DNA of 61,911 bases, filler included, from Cladosporium halotolerans (lineage: Eukaryota), in the NCBI RefSeq assembly GCF_011745625.1. It is 6 parts of 6 records of this genome, joined end to end, with 100 filler letters (N's around TTAATTAATTAA, not from the genome) between each part and the next. Parts side by side here need not be neighbours in the genome. Positions count along the whole stretch, not along the records: positions 21,271 to 31,454 come from NW_027191596.1; positions 31,555 to 41,740 come from NW_027191597.1; 4 more parts are not named here. One strand, given 5' to 3'. Positions 22,200 through 34,100 of the stretch are shown one piece after another. Each line of letters starts with the position of its first letter. Position 1 is the first letter of the stretch. A program made the position numbers and the translations under genes. The notes under the pieces are model-generated. The model was not told the origin of the DNA and did no database searches. It saw only the letters and a program-made list of their open reading frames with translations.

Positions 22200-25100
22200 T
22201 TGTAACGGCACGTTGGTGCCAATGATGGCGGCTCTCGAGGCCGCCCTCGAGCGAAAAGCCGAGGTGGTGTGTTTGCAAGAACCCTGCATCGGTAGAAAGA
22301 ACGACGTCAGCCATCTAGGCTTTCAGATCAGATGGCCAGAATGTGAAAAGGGGGAGACGAGAGTGGCGCTCGCCATCAGGAACGAGGTGCTGGACCGGTA
22401 CGTGTTTGAGGAAAGGACGGACCTGGTCAGTAGCCCGTATGTGCAATGCCTGGATATATGGGAGACCCAGCGGCGGAGGAAAGTACGCCGTACGAGACTG
22501 ATTAATGTCTACAACCGCGCGAGGATGGAAGGTGGCGGCTACTCAATCGACCGTGTGAACTTGTCGCAGCTGATTGAGGGACGAGTCATCCTGGCCGGAG
22601 ACTTCAACGCACGCAGTCCAGCTTGGGACCCATGGGCGGCGAGGCGATGCAACGCCGGCACGACAGAAAAGCTCATCGAGGACCACGGACTGATCGTCAA
22701 CAATAACGACCAGCCAACGAGGTATGGCAAGAATTGTCGGTCGATCATCGATCTGACGCTGAGCAATATAAACGTTGGAAGATTGCCGATGTGGGAGGTC
22801 GACGACAACTTATCCACCCCGTCGGATCATGAAGTGATTGTCTTTTCGTGGACCCCGCTGTATATTGCGCCACACACCGATGAAAGACCGGTAATGTCCA
22901 GCTGGAGCATCGACAAGATACTCGCTGATGAGCAAAGACTTGAAGAAGCAGCGCGACACTGGAATCAGCTCGATCGAGAAAGGGCATGTATCGGAGTCAG
23001 CACGGCAGCGAAAGATCTGGAAGGCGAAGCGTGCTGGATGCAAGACAGCCTCAAGGCAGTCCTCGACAGACACGCTCCGAAAAAGCCCCTGCACGGGCGT
23101 TCGAAGCGATGGTGGACGGATGAAATCAAGCAGGAAAGAAGGCGGTTCTGTCAAGCCCGACGCCATTTCAAGGAAGCAGCCATGGACTTCACGGAATATC
23201 GCCAGATCAGGAATGCATATTATTGCCACATCCGGAGGGCGAAGCGCGAGATGTGGGAGCGTTTCTTGGAGGGATTATTCCCAACGGACGACGATGCGCA
23301 AAACGTCGTCGACAGTGGCAGATGCTGGAAGGCACTGCGTTACACCAAGCTGCCGACGCCTTCGTACACGCCAGCCATCAAGGTCGCTGGTTCCGATGGA
23401 CAGCCAGATTCAATTGCATCAAGCGCTGAAGAGAAGGAAAAGGTGTTCATGAGCCAAGCCTTTCCGCGCCAGACGGACGTTGGCGACGACATCGCTATAC
23501 CGGACACTGTTGTACAGATTGACGCAAAAGCAGTGCGGGATGCCCTCTTCGCACAGCCGGTGAAGAAAGCACCAGGACTGGACGGCCTCGGCTTCAAAGC
23601 GCTCCGGCTGCTATGGCGGTGGGCAGAGGAACGGATCGTGTCACTGGTGCAAGGTTGCATCAAACTTGGTTTTCACCCGTGCACTTGGAAGATAGCCAAA
23701 GGAATTCTGCTGCGGAAGCAAGGCAAGCCTACCTACACGGTAGCGAAGGCATATCGTGTCATCAGCCTGCTCAGCTGCCTCGGTAAAGTCGTGGAGAGAG
23801 TGGCGGCAACGCTGATAGCATCATTTTGTGAGACAAACGAAATCTTCCATTGCGGCCAGTTCGGTTCCCGTCAGGCTCGAGGCACTGCAGACGCGGTTTC
23901 TCAGCTTGTGGCGAGGGTGGAGGCTGCCTGGGAGCGGAAGCAAATGATGCTCGCGCTGCTTCTGGACGTGAAAGGCGCCTATGACCGGGTCAACAAGCGC
24001 CAGCTGCTCCGGCGAATGGTCGAGGTCGGCATGGCTGGCAATATCATCCGCTGGGTCGAGTCTTTCATGTCAGACCGAAAAGCTTTGCTAGTCATCGACG
24101 GTAGAATGGGGGAGACACAAGGCATACAGGCAGGCCTGCCGCAAGGCTCGCCAGTTTCACCCGCGCTGTTCATCCTCTCAGTCAGCGCCATGTTTGAGTG
24201 GCTCGAGACCAGACACCCGAAGCTGCACTCGCTGTCATTCGTGGACGACATTGGCTTGCTGCTACAATGTGACACCCTGAACGGTGGTACACAAGAGCTA
24301 GAAAGCATCGCAGCACACGCAATAGAATGGGGAGCTGCCAACAAGGTCGAGTTCGAGGTGAGCAAGACGGAGGTCCTGATTTTCAGCAAGAAGCGGAAGG
24401 TTCTCCAGGCTGCAAAGCAAGCGATGGTCCGGATCGGCGAGCATGCGTGCCCCATCAACCAGGGTGCTACCAAGTGGCTTGGCTTCTGGCTCGACTCGAA
24501 GCTGACTTTCAAGACACATTTCGAGAAGCGGATCACCAGCGCCAAGGGTGCACTGCAAGCCGTGGCAAGCCTCAGCAGACGAAACGGGGGCCTGTCGATC
24601 AGCCTCATGAGGCGCGTAGTCATTGCTGCCGTCAGCTCCGTTGCGCTCTTCGGGGCAGAAGTATGGTGGAGAGGCCAGAAGGACCTAGAGCGAAGACTGC
24701 AGTTGTTGTTGAACAGCCAAGCGAGAGCTATCACAGGGCTGCTGAAATCTACACCGATAACCTTTCTACTAGAGTCCGCATGCCTGCCGTACGCTGGCGA
24801 TCTTTTGGACCAGAGACAGACACGGTTTGCGGCCCGTGCACTAAGCGCAGCCCGGGACCATCCAACGCACCAGCTCCTGCCTGCAAACTTCCGCCTCGGC
24901 GAGCTGTACAGACACGAGGGAGCGACTGGGCAACCATCAAGTGTTGGCTGGAACAGGCCGGACAAAGTACACCGGTTATTTGGAAGCCGACTGGCCCAAC
25001 AGTTGTCGAGGCATGTAACATACGATACCGAACATGGGTTCGACCTGCTTGAGAAAGTGGACGCCCCAAACATGGCCGTCGCAATCAATATTGGCGGACA

Positions 25101-26067
25101 ACCACAAAAGCTATCAGAGGAACATCGCTACGGTGATCCCGACAAGATCACCCTGTTCGCATGCGCAGCCAAGGACACCAGCTTTGGAGCGGCTGTCGGC
25201 TGGCTGGCAGGAAACAGAGACAAGGTGAAGGCGGACTCGCTTGGCAAATACCTTACGATGCTTGACGCCGATCTCTACGCAGTCCACATGGCTGTTCACA
25301 TATGCCGGCTCTCACTGCCACAAACCACAACCACAACACGATGTGTTGAGATACTGTCCGACTCACGCCAAGCCTTGTCTGCCATTGGCAAAGCAAGCTA
25401 TTGGACTACGCCGTTGATCCGGGGCATCAAACACCAGATCAGATCCATCCAAGAACGGGGCGATCAAGTGATGCTGTCACAGCTGCCCACAGATGACAGT
25501 GTAGAGCGCATGGAGTCCGTGAGGGCTGCAGCAAGGCTTGCAGCAACGAGGCAACCGAAGGCTTTGCGATCAGCATCACTCTCGTACGTGACGCAGTCGA
25601 ACAAAGCGAGGTGGAAGCATGCATCGAAGATCAGCAAAATTATCAGTGATGGCAAGAAGTCAGTGACGGCAAGATACCTGCAGCTCAAATCGGGCCATGC
25701 CATAACCGGCGAGTATCTGCTCAGTACCAAACAAGCACAAGATGCACGCTGCTGGTGGTGCAACAGCAGCAAACAGACTGTCGTCCACCTACTGATGGAA
25801 TGTAGGAAGTGGAGGAGAGAGCGTGATGTGATGCTGAAAGACGTGCATCAAAAGAAGATCAAGATCTCAGGGCGAAGAGACACATCAGACCTTCAGCTAC
25901 TTTTGGGCGAAAGCGCAGTGGAAGCAGTGTTACGATTCCTCGAACACACTGCGGTAGGGAAGAGGAAGGAAGACAGAGAAGCGAAAGTCATCGATGAATG
26001 GGACATGGACCGACTTGATGGGAGCGAGGGGACGACTGGAGAGGAAGTGGAGCGAGACGGCGGATGA
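22177..26067 (+). CDS. LINE ORF2 polyprotein (EN, RT, RNase H-like, CCHC), ~1296 aa, uninterrupted
   Basis: Start MMIVLQHNC; motifs CLQEP, AGDFN, PSDH, YRVISLL, QGSPVSP, FVDD, CWWCNSSKQTVVHLLMEC. Confidence 0.95.
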   Translation: MMIVLQHNCNGTLVPMMAALEAALERKAEVVCLQEPCIGRKNDVSHLGFQIRWPECEKGETRVALAIRNEVLDRYVFEERTDLVSSPYVQCLDIWETQRRRKVRRTRLINVYNRARMEGGGYSIDRVNLSQLIEGRVILAGDFNARSPAWDPWAARRCNAGTTEKLIEDHGLIVNNNDQPTRYGKNCRSIIDLTLSNINVGRLPMWEVDDNLSTPSDHEVIVFSWTPLYIAPHTDERPVMSSWSIDKILADEQRLEEAARHWNQLDRERACIGVSTAAKDLEGEACWMQDSLKAVLDRHAPKKPLHGRSKRWWTDEIKQERRRFCQARRHFKEAAMDFTEYRQIRNAYYCHIRRAKREMWERFLEGLFPTDDDAQNVVDSGRCWKALRYTKLPTPSYTPAIKVAGSDGQPDSIASSAEEKEKVFMSQAFPRQTDVGDDIAIPDTVVQIDAKAVRDALFAQPVKKAPGLDGLGFKALRLLWRWAEERIVSLVQGCIKLGFHPCTWKIAKGILLRKQGKPTYTVAKAYRVISLLSCLGKVVERVAATLIASFCETNEIFHCGQFGSRQARGTADAVSQLVARVEAAWERKQMMLALLLDVKGAYDRVNKRQLLRRMVEVGMAGNIIRWVESFMSDRKALLVIDGRMGETQGIQAGLPQGSPVSPALFILSVSAMFEWLETRHPKLHSLSFVDDIGLLLQCDTLNGGTQELESIAAHAIEWGAANKVEFEVSKTEVLIFSKKRKVLQAAKQAMVRIGEHACPINQGATKWLGFWLDSKLTFKTHFEKRITSAKGALQAVASLSRRNGGLSISLMRRVVIAAVSSVALFGAEVWWRGQKDLERRLQLLLNSQARAITGLLKSTPITFLLESACLPYAGDLLDQRQTRFAARALSAARDHPTHQLLPANFRLGELYRHEGATGQPSSVGWNRPDKVHRLFGSRLAQQLSRHVTYDTEHGFDLLEKVDAPNMAVAINIGGQPQKLSEEHRYGDPDKITLFACAAKDTSFGAAVGWLAGNRDKVKADSLGKYLTMLDADLYAVHMAVHICRLSLPQTTTTTRCVEILSDSRQALSAIGKASYWTTPLIRGIKHQIRSIQERGDQVMLSQLPTDDSVERMESVRAAARLAATRQPKALRSASLSYVTQSNKARWKHASKISKIISDGKKSVTARYLQLKSGHAITGEYLLSTKQAQDARCWWCNSSKQTVVHLLMECRKWRRERDVMLKDVHQKKIKISGRRDTSDLQLLLGESAVEAVLRFLEHTAVGKRKEDREAKVIDEWDMDRLDGSEGTTGEEVERDGG

Positions 26068-26398
26068 AGGTGCAACAAATCAGGAGGCTAGGACAGTAGG
26101 AGGGCATCGGGCCCGAAAGCCGTGGCGGCTAGATAGAGTCGGGACGGCGAGCAGGAGCACAAGAGATAAGTAGAAGCAAGAGCACATTCGGGAACGAGAA
26201 GTCTTCTAGTAACTAGCTAGGGGTTGTCATAAGCTAAATAGCTTGCATACAATATGATTCAAAAAAAAAAAAAAAAAAAAAACATCGACCAAATCGTGCG
26301 GAATGCAACATGATGCCGAAAGGCGTGACCGCAAACCAGAGCACGCCAGCGGAGCTACATGAAAACACTGCGGCGTATGAGGCGTCATCGACTTAGTA

Positions 26399-28277
26399 TT
26401 AGGCCATGAAGTAAGGCATGCCGCCTTGCGGCATCCGTGACGGTCGGCTCACCTGCGGCGGAAGATGGAACATCTGAAGCAACCGCTTGCCCACAGACGG
26501 CTCCAATTCTGTCCCGTCTCTCGCAATCTTGACTTCCCTGTTTGCGTTCCAGGGGTTGCGCAAGCCTCGTGTACAGTAGAATGGCAGACGGTTCGTCGAT
26601 ATCCACTCGACCTTAAAAGGCCGTGCCAGATCTTGTCCTCTGCCCTCTTCCGGATCTTTGTGGGCCGACGAGCTTTCATCGCAGTCTGACAGCCCCGCTT
26701 CCCAGAAAACGGTCCCCCGTGCGGAATCGTCAGTGATGCGGCCACGAGGTGCTGTTCCCGTAGCCGATGTCCGGATTGACGTTGGCCCATTCCGCGTGAG
26801 TGGAGACTGCGGCATAGGCGCAGATGCAATTGGGACAGGCCCACCAGCAATGACCGACCCCATGCGTGCGTACCCGAAATACTCGCCAGACTTATTGGCA
26901 GAGAAGATAAGATATACATTATCGGCCTCCTTGAACGCACAGTTTAGTGCTTTTTCGTTGTGAGACTGGGTTGCCCAGATACCGTTGCGTACACTAGCCT
27001 CGAGGTCCTGCAAGGTAAGGCTTTTGACAACGAAGAATTTCTCAGGCACAATTGTGTTCGCAGAACCGAAGGCCGGCGTTTCGTCTGTCTTCGTTATCTG
27101 CGTAACAGGTGTACTTCCCACGATCATGGGTGTGGGACTTCGATATGCATCTGGCCCATCTGACTGTCTGTCTGGCGACCCGTTCAGCATTCCCTCTGGG
27201 AGCCCATCTGGGGTTCCTTTTGCCTCAACCGCGCCGGCTCTCGGGTTTTGTGCAATGGAACCGGTGCTTGTCGTGGAGCTTCTCCTTAGGCGGCATACTA
27301 GCCGTACTCCTTGAAATCTCGAATCATCAAAGCGGTTCATGGCCGCAATACAGGCGGCCTCGGTTCGATAGTTGACAAACGCGCAGTTGCTCTTCGAGAT
27401 GAGAAAAAGGCTTTCGATGTCTTGCATCGCATCTCGAGAAAAGTGGTCTTTCAAGTCGGTTACCGTCACGGCCGGAGGAAGGTTGCCAACCCAAAGTGCA
27501 TGGCCGGATTGCTTGGGTTTGCGCGGTGGGCCTCGAGGGAAAGACGGAATGGCTGTCGGTTCGAACTCGCGTCGAGCGAAATGGGCTAGGACCGTTCAGT
27601 CAGCATAATATTTTTTCTGACCGCAAAGTTCCCGGGACTTACCAAGGTCTGCATAGCCGCCGGGCGGGCTGTAGCTGATTGAGAAGCCTTGCTGCGGAAA
27701 CCGCATGTCCACAGGAGAGATTGCGGGCTGATACATGCCGTACGGATAATGGTCCATCGGAGGGAATGGCGGCTGCGTTTGTAGCTGTGCTGGTTGTGGT
27801 CGGCTCGCTGTTTGGAGTTGAGCAGGCTGCGCATCATATTGCCGAGGGAGATGTTGCTGCTGTGGCTGCTGCTGCGCTCCAGCAAAAACCGTAGGGACAG
27901 GGCGCTGCCCACCATACTGTGACAACTGAGGCATGTATTGCAAGGAAGCCGGATTGATCATGTCAGCCGGATTTCTCATGCCGTACAGAGTAGATGGGCA
28001 TCGTGCTTCGTAAGAATGATCAATGCTCGGCTGTAGAGCGCTCGCCATTTGACGGAAGTCGAATATCCGGGATCCATTACCCTCGACGTACTGGGTGGGT
28101 GCTGCGCGAGGCGGACGAAGGTCTTCAAGATCCCTGTGGAAAGGTGGACTGCAGGGTCAGCGAAGCACGTTGCGAGGGATGTGAAACCTATGCTTACTTT
28201 TCTGCTTGCTTTACCGCAGCGCTGGGGGTAACAGTATCTGCGGCGGAGTATCCTACGGCAGCCGGCTTATCAGTCAT
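26399..28277 (-). CDS. RRM + YTH-domain (YT521-B/YTHDC-like) RNA-binding protein, three exons, ~590 aa
   Basis: Exons 28277-28198, 28148-27643, 27585-26399 are frame-consistent. RRM: LWVGNLP..NCAFVNY. YTH: FFVVKS, GIWATQSHNE, LIFSANKSGEYFGYARM, FKVEW, NPWNANREVKIARDGTEL. Confidence 0.92.
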
Positions 28278-28699
28278 GGTGATTCGCACGACTGTATGAG
28301 CTCGTACTGACAGTGCAGGTTCTGCCGATGTACAGCTAGATAAGGCCTGTCGGTTGTGCCGCACTTGAAGGTCGGGGGTCCTGCAATATACCTTGGTATC
28401 TTGAAAAAAAGTTTGAGAACCTACAATGGACAGAGGTGGCGATTGGCGACGCTGAAGTATTCACCTGCAGAAGTTGGAAGCCTGTCCGAATGCGGTTCGC
28501 TCCCGAACTACATTACGGCTAATCTAACTAGGGTCCAATCGCACGCAACGCTCACCCGCTTGGCCGAGACTGCATTTCCTGGAAACCCTGCGATGGTCCA
28601 CTATTGGGCTGTCACCCTATTTGCTGTTCCTGATAATGACTGATATGCGGAGAAGCTGCATCTGCTGCTGTGGAGGGCTGGCAACCTCCAGCCAGGCCG

Positions 28700-29400
28700 C
28701 TTTCGCTAAAATCTTCGCTCCGTAGTTTGGGGTAAAGGTGTAAAGCGCCAAAGCTTGGTAACGGAAAGACGTCGGAATTGCCAAGCTATTGATGCTATTC
28801 TGAATTCTAAACGCTCCTCATCATATGTTGCGCCTCATAACTGAGCAACTCCCGTGTGCGTTCTCGTCCCGAACGATGCTCAAAGGCCTGTAGTAGATTT
28901 TCAGAGCTGCCCCGCACGCTGACGTCATCCGTGGACGCAGCGCGACGGACTCGCCGATTGCCCGTGCGTCCAACGTCAACGAAGGCGCGAATTGCTTCGC
29001 TTGATGATGGGCATCTGCTGCCATGTGTCGCGGGCTCAGACTTAAACCGAACGGATGATCGCGAAGATGTGACTGATCGGTGCTGCTTCTGTTACACGGC
29101 TTGGCAGAGCTGTAAAGTATTTCGATGGGTTTCCGTGATCTTCTGGTCCGCGCGGAAAACATCAGTACTCGCTGAGGACAACTTGCCGTGCTTCAAGTGC
29201 AACAAGTACGGGCATAAACAAGCAACTTGCAAGACTGCACCAAAGTGCACGCTATGCTCGGGACAGCATTCGAGACACAACTTTTCCCAGCCTACAGGCT
29301 TGAGTGCCCAGCGTGTAACAAAGCGGAGCACTCAGTTTTTGACTGGCAGAGTCAGCTCCACCCGAGCCATTGGAGATGCAAGGGTAGCTATTACTTCACG
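28700..29400 (+). pseudogene. Decayed LINE gag-like fragment
   Basis: CFKCNKYGHKQATC and CTLCSGQH, then CPACNKAEH in a shifted frame. Boundaries approximate. Confidence 0.65.
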
Positions 29401-29426
29401 CCAACATCTTCCTAGTCCAGCTTACC

Positions 29427-30340
29427 ATGGTCTCTTTACTTTTGCGTAAGCTCAACGCCTGCTATCCCGCCCGACCACTTCTCACTACCATGATTACGAA
29501 CGCCGTATGATACACCACGACAAGCGTTATGAGTGTCTTGATGTCCGCTAACACATGAGTTAGGTCCTCGGTGGCATCGCAGACACGGCCGCACAGACTC
29601 TCACAGTTACTCGCAGGAAGCATGTGCCCGCTGCGACTCGGTCGGCCCTCAACATCATGAAGGCGGCAAGGACGACTTCTTTAGCGTCGAGATCCACGAT
29701 TCAGAAGGCAAGGGGCCGTGGCCGGAACCGGATTACCTGTCACACAAGGCACAGAAGCTGCTGCCTCCGTCGCTCGACTTTGAGAGGATGGTCAGGTTTA
29801 CGGCATATCCGTGTATAATAGCACCCTTGCAGCTCAGGTGGTTTGCTTTTCTGAACTATGCGTTCCCCGTTGGCGTGGCAGGCGCGAGCAGTACTGCTGC
29901 GGCTATGAAGCGCGGTGCCTTTGATCAGGTGATCTTTGCGCCTGGTGCTACGTGCCAATCTGAGGACCTGTTGCGTGAGCAAAGTATTAACAAGTGCACA
30001 GGTCTCGCATGCTTTTTCACTTCCATGGCAGTCTGCGAAGGCGGCGACAGGCGCGCCGTCACCCGCAAGTTCCAGGACGTATACATACCAACGCTCAAGG
30101 CGGACTTTCTTATCTGGCCTGCGGTCCAAATGCTGAACTACCGCATTATGCCAATCCAATTCCAGGTTGTACGTGCTCAAAGGCGATATCAAAAGCGAAG
30201 CCGAAAAGCTAACATGCGCACCAGCCCTTCGTGTCAACCCATCGGTATCGCCTGGACAGCCTACTTCTTCCTCACCAACTCGGCCGAGGAAGTCGCAACG
30301 CCTCAGAAAGACTTGTCTCACAACTGCCTTCCTTTTTACG
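29427..30340 (+). pseudogene. Mpv17/PMP22-family membrane protein pseudogene
   Basis: MVSLLLRKLNACYPARPLLTTMITNA, intron 29505-29563, VLGGIADT..DFERMVRF..FDQVIFAP..IWPAVQMLNYRIMPIQFQ..PFVS, with two further introns. Frameshifts near 29620-29660 and ~30240. Confidence 0.85.
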
Positions 30341-30829
30341 AACCTTGGTTTTGGCTCTGACTACACCAGCACCTTCTCCTTGCATAACTCACACTTGGCA
30401 CTCCTACTTGAAGACACAAGTTAGGAACGCAGGCACAACCTTTGTTGTTCTTGATTTTGTTGTTTTATTGAGGGCGTTGGAGGAGTCTTTTGCTGCATGC
30501 GACACTGCCTGGTTGGACGAGGCGGCAAGCAGTGAGCTGCGGTTTGCATCATGTTGTACTTAAAGAACCGAATAGGTGTGATACTCCTTGGTTTCTTTTG
30601 AATTCAACTGGTGCTATCCTGCTTTTTCTCTAACTAATTTCCTCAACAGCGCGCCGACACCTCCTTGTTAGAAGGTAGTGGGTCAAGAGGGACCTGGCGT
30701 ATTTTTGCTTGATCGTACTCACCACCTCCCAACCTGTGTTTTTTTTTTTTTTTTTTTTTTTTCCGGCATTACCACGCACAAGCCTGATCATTCTTGTTTA
30801 CCTTTTGCGCTACCATCACGGAAAGAGTA

Positions 30830-31230
30830 CTGTATCCGTGCGCCCAGTGTACTGACTCACCCGATGCACCGGGGGCCTAAACCACCCTCAACTTTAACAT
30901 CCCACAATCCCGCGAACATGGGCTCGATGGAAGATGCGCTTGCAAAGTCAGGATCGCTAGAACCTGACAAATCATTTCGATATTCTGAAACAGCTAAAGC
31001 CTGGTGTCGATCGCTCTACGCTATCGCGAAGGCGCCAAACCGTCACAGCGTCGCGAGTAGCCGATGCTTTAACGCGTCAAAAGCTCAGCCTACAACAAGA
31101 GCTGGAGCTTGTACGAGACCTAATACACACGCCTACACCGCCGCAGGTGGAAACAGCTCGCAAGAGCTGGATAATTGTAAGGGCGATGAGGGTGGCCGCT
31201 TTCGCCGCAACCGGTTGCGGAAGTCTAGGG
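30830..31230 (+). mobile_element. pogo-like transposon 5' relic
   Basis: TA+CTGTATCCGTGCGCC.. end. MGSMEDALAKSGSLEPDKSFRYSETAK then, frameshifted, GVDRSTLSRR and QQELELVR (N-terminal HTH). Confidence 0.65.
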
Positions 31231-31356
31231 GCAGGAGTGTCATACTCCGCCTCACAACTGCTCTACCACTTACTCCCTCTGCCAGGAGGTAGAACCACTC
31301 ATCATGGAAGGAGTCAGAGGATACTGGGATACGAGAACCCCCCGGTTCGCTCCCAC

Positions 31357-31454
31357 CAGAGGTGTGCACAATCAATTTTTTACTTGACAACTTGATTGAT
31401 TGATTGTTGACTAAGCAATCAATCAAGTTGCACCTCATGACCAATCAATCAATT
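31357..31454 (+). mobile_element. hAT-like transposon terminus running into the gap
   Basis: Starts CAGAGGTGTGCACAATCAA, with CAAT/ATTG subterminal repeats forming an inverted pair (CAACTTGATTGATTG / CAATCAATCAAGTTG). Confidence 0.6.
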
Positions 31455-31554
31455 NNNNNNNNNNNNNNNNNNNNNNNNNNNNNNNNNNNNNNNNNNNNTT
31501 AATTAATTAANNNNNNNNNNNNNNNNNNNNNNNNNNNNNNNNNNNNNNNNNNNN
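31455..31554. other. Artificial contig spacer
   Basis: N44-TTAATTAATTAA-N44. Confidence 0.99.
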
Positions 31555-31784
31555 GGACGATGAACACTTGGAAACACAGCTTCAAGAGCGCCCGCCGACC
31601 GCCAAGCACGAGCACATGGAGACTAGAAGCAGCACGCACTATTTGGAGAGCTCAGTGACGAGAAACAGTGGGCAAGGAGTTTTGTTATGTTAACCCCGCC
31701 GGATTGCATGTATACTTTGTGACGTACATAGTGCAGTGCCCTTTAGGTGCTTAGCGCCGGGCGGAGTAAATTCATCATCATCAT
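31555..31784 (+). mobile_element. 3' UTR and (CAT)n tail of a LINE related to the one at 645-6403
   Basis: Shares GGACGATGAACACTTGGAAACAC and GCCCTTTAGGTGCTTAGCGCCGGGCGGA(A/G)TAAA plus (CAT)n with the reverse complement of 645-883. Confidence 0.9.
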
Positions 31785-32054
31785 TATGGCTTCGTGTCCG
31801 CGCGACGCAGACTAATTCGCGACTTGTAAGAAAAAAAAAAAAAAAGGGAAAAAAAGGCACAATTATCTATGACGCTTCAATAGCACGACAGCATTGCTTT
31901 CGCGTTTTTTGGGGACGTATACGTAACGCAGTGAGCGTGTGCGACAGCCGGGCAAAATTGCAATTCTCGCCCGCTTACGCTGAAGCGAGACGACGCCGCA
32001 GCAAACTGGGCAGTCGGGCAAGAGAGAAGCGCCCGCCGCGACTACACTCTAAAG

Positions 32055-34090
32055 ATGCAAGAAAATGCCGTTAGCGAACAAAGAGCGCTAGAGACAGGAT
32101 TACTGATCACGACGGAGAATGCTAGCCGATTTCTGGAATATCACGAGGCGTACGGAGTGTTGAATTGCGTGAAACATGGTTACGCGATCCGAAGTCTCGC
32201 GGATCATCTAAGCAGGAATCACGTCGTCAGCAAGAAAGAGCGAGCCGAAGTGGTAAAGCAACACAAATCCTTTGCACAATGCGAAAGCTGTTCCGCTGCC
32301 GCCGCCGTTAGAGCAGCCTTTCGCAGCTTTAGGCAAACCGCAAAAAGCGTTTATCTGTCGAGAGCCGGAGTACTAGTATATTAGCGCCCACCCGAATGGC
32401 ATCCGAATACATTGCAATCAAGTGCACAAGTGGGGCCTATCGCAGAGGAACAGACGCACTGGGACTCAATCTGGGTGCAGACATTCTTCAAATCGGCCGG
32501 TCTGCAGAGGTACTTCACTGTCTTGTATAGCGGGGATGAGAGCAACCCCGAGCAAGCAGACGGCCAAGAGACTACTCTAGCAGTGATGTCGACTGGAAAT
32601 ACTTCTACGACAAGCGCTTTAGATGAAGCCGACATCTCAGCGCTTGTAACAGACTGGAAGGAGCATGACAAGAAGCTGGACGAGGAACTGAAGATAGCAG
32701 GAGCGAAGACAGCAAAGACAGATCACACTCTGTGGTTCAAGAAGACAGGCTGGGCGGAACACGTCGCCGGCTGCAATCTGAGGCATCTGAGTCAGGCGGT
32801 TCGACTACCGGATCGCGACGAACACACGCTTCAAAAGGCGGTCGATCTAAACAGCGCTCTAATCAAAAAATGCGTCGCAGGTCTCTCGTCGCTCGACAAC
32901 GGGACCCGTAGATGGGTCAGAAGTGCGAAGCATTCCGAGATCGATCAGCGACCGCTCTCAAGGCTGCAAAACGTCGAGAGTCAGCAGACGTACGCAGTGT
33001 ACATGGCACGGCTGCTCTGCTACAGTCTGAAAGTACTTCAAAGCTGCGACGATAGCGAGAGGCTATGCGAGAGCGAAGGCGGAGACAATATCGAGGAGAG
33101 CGATAACGAGAGCGGTAGCGAGAGTCACTATGAGAGCGACAGAGAAAGCGACAGCGACGGTGAGAGCAACAACAGGCTGGACACTCAATCCGTCGTCGAC
33201 GATTGCAAAGACTCCCTCAAGCTGTACCCGTGGCAAAGCGGGCAGAAAGAACTGCTGAGGCGAGTGTGTGAGAGCATCGAGAACGGCTGGGACTGGAGGT
33301 CTCAGGAGAATGCTCTGCTAGAATTCTACAAGTCGCTCATGTCTCAGCGCGTGAGAGGTGACACGTTTAAAAGTGCAATCTTACACTTTCTTGCCGTTCT
33401 AGGCATCAACGAACAGACGAGGCGGCTGCGGCAGGCGAACGACTTCTCTTACATGCTATCCGGCGTCGTCTACTGCGCGCGAGTGATCGCTGTCGAGGTC
33501 ATACTGCCGTCAGGGGAGAGGGAGGATCAAGGCGACGAGGACGACGAGCGCTTCAAGCAGGAGAGGGACAAATACTTGTACAGCGTCATGAGTAAGGCTC
33601 TCAGCATGCTGGCTTACGGCAAGAGTATTGCGATGAAAAACGGCAACGCAGGCGCGATATCTTGGTCGGACGATCGAAAAGTGATGTCGTATAAAGGCAG
33701 GGAGATCGACGCCGCTCGCTTCGGTATCATGGTGAGAGGCGTCGTCGAGGAGGCAAAAGACAGGCTGTGGAAGCATTTGATGTGGGCGAGGACGCAAGAG
33801 GAGCGGTTCGAGATGCCGCTCGAGCAGCTACAGGATGATGTGACATGGACCAAGCGGGAGTGGATAATTAGGCGCGCTCTAGTAGACCCAGACGGCAAGA
33901 AGATGTTCAAGAAAGGCACTCGCGAGTGGTCGAGGGTGGGAGTGCAGAAACACTTACGCATGGTCAACCGCTTTCGAGAGCTACTTCTTTTCTACGTTCA
34001 CGTCACAGGCTGAGAGCCGGCGAGGGGGTCGGAGATCACGTCGATACGCTTCCGCAACGGCTTTCATCAGGACATAAAACGTCTTTACGA
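32055..34090 (+). pseudogene. DUF3505/OrsD-like gene copy 1, frameshifted, cut by a LINE just after the first recombinase-like box
   Basis: Zn-finger-like N-terminus YGVLNCVKHGYAI..HLSRNH; VQTFF; LWFKKTGWAEH; SAILHFLAVLGI; VHVTG*EPARGSEITSIRFRNG (TGA at 34011-34013). Confidence 0.8.
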
Positions 34091-34100
34091 TACAGGTGCA

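Larger units (their letters stand above)
21271..26282 (+). mobile_element. Tad1-clade LINE with intact ORF2 and poly(A) tail (5' end in the gap)
   Basis: ORF1 C-terminus, overlapping ORF2, 3' UTR and A22 at 26261-26282. Confidence 0.96.

Noticed and set aside
23979..25088. 369-aa antisense ORF and similar shadow ORFs over LINEs and the 51964-53637 gene
   Set aside because: Antisense shadows of GC-rich coding frames with no recognisable motifs.
30739..30762. T24 tract as a retro-insertion tail
   Set aside because: No TSD or recognisable LINE 3' UTR next to it.
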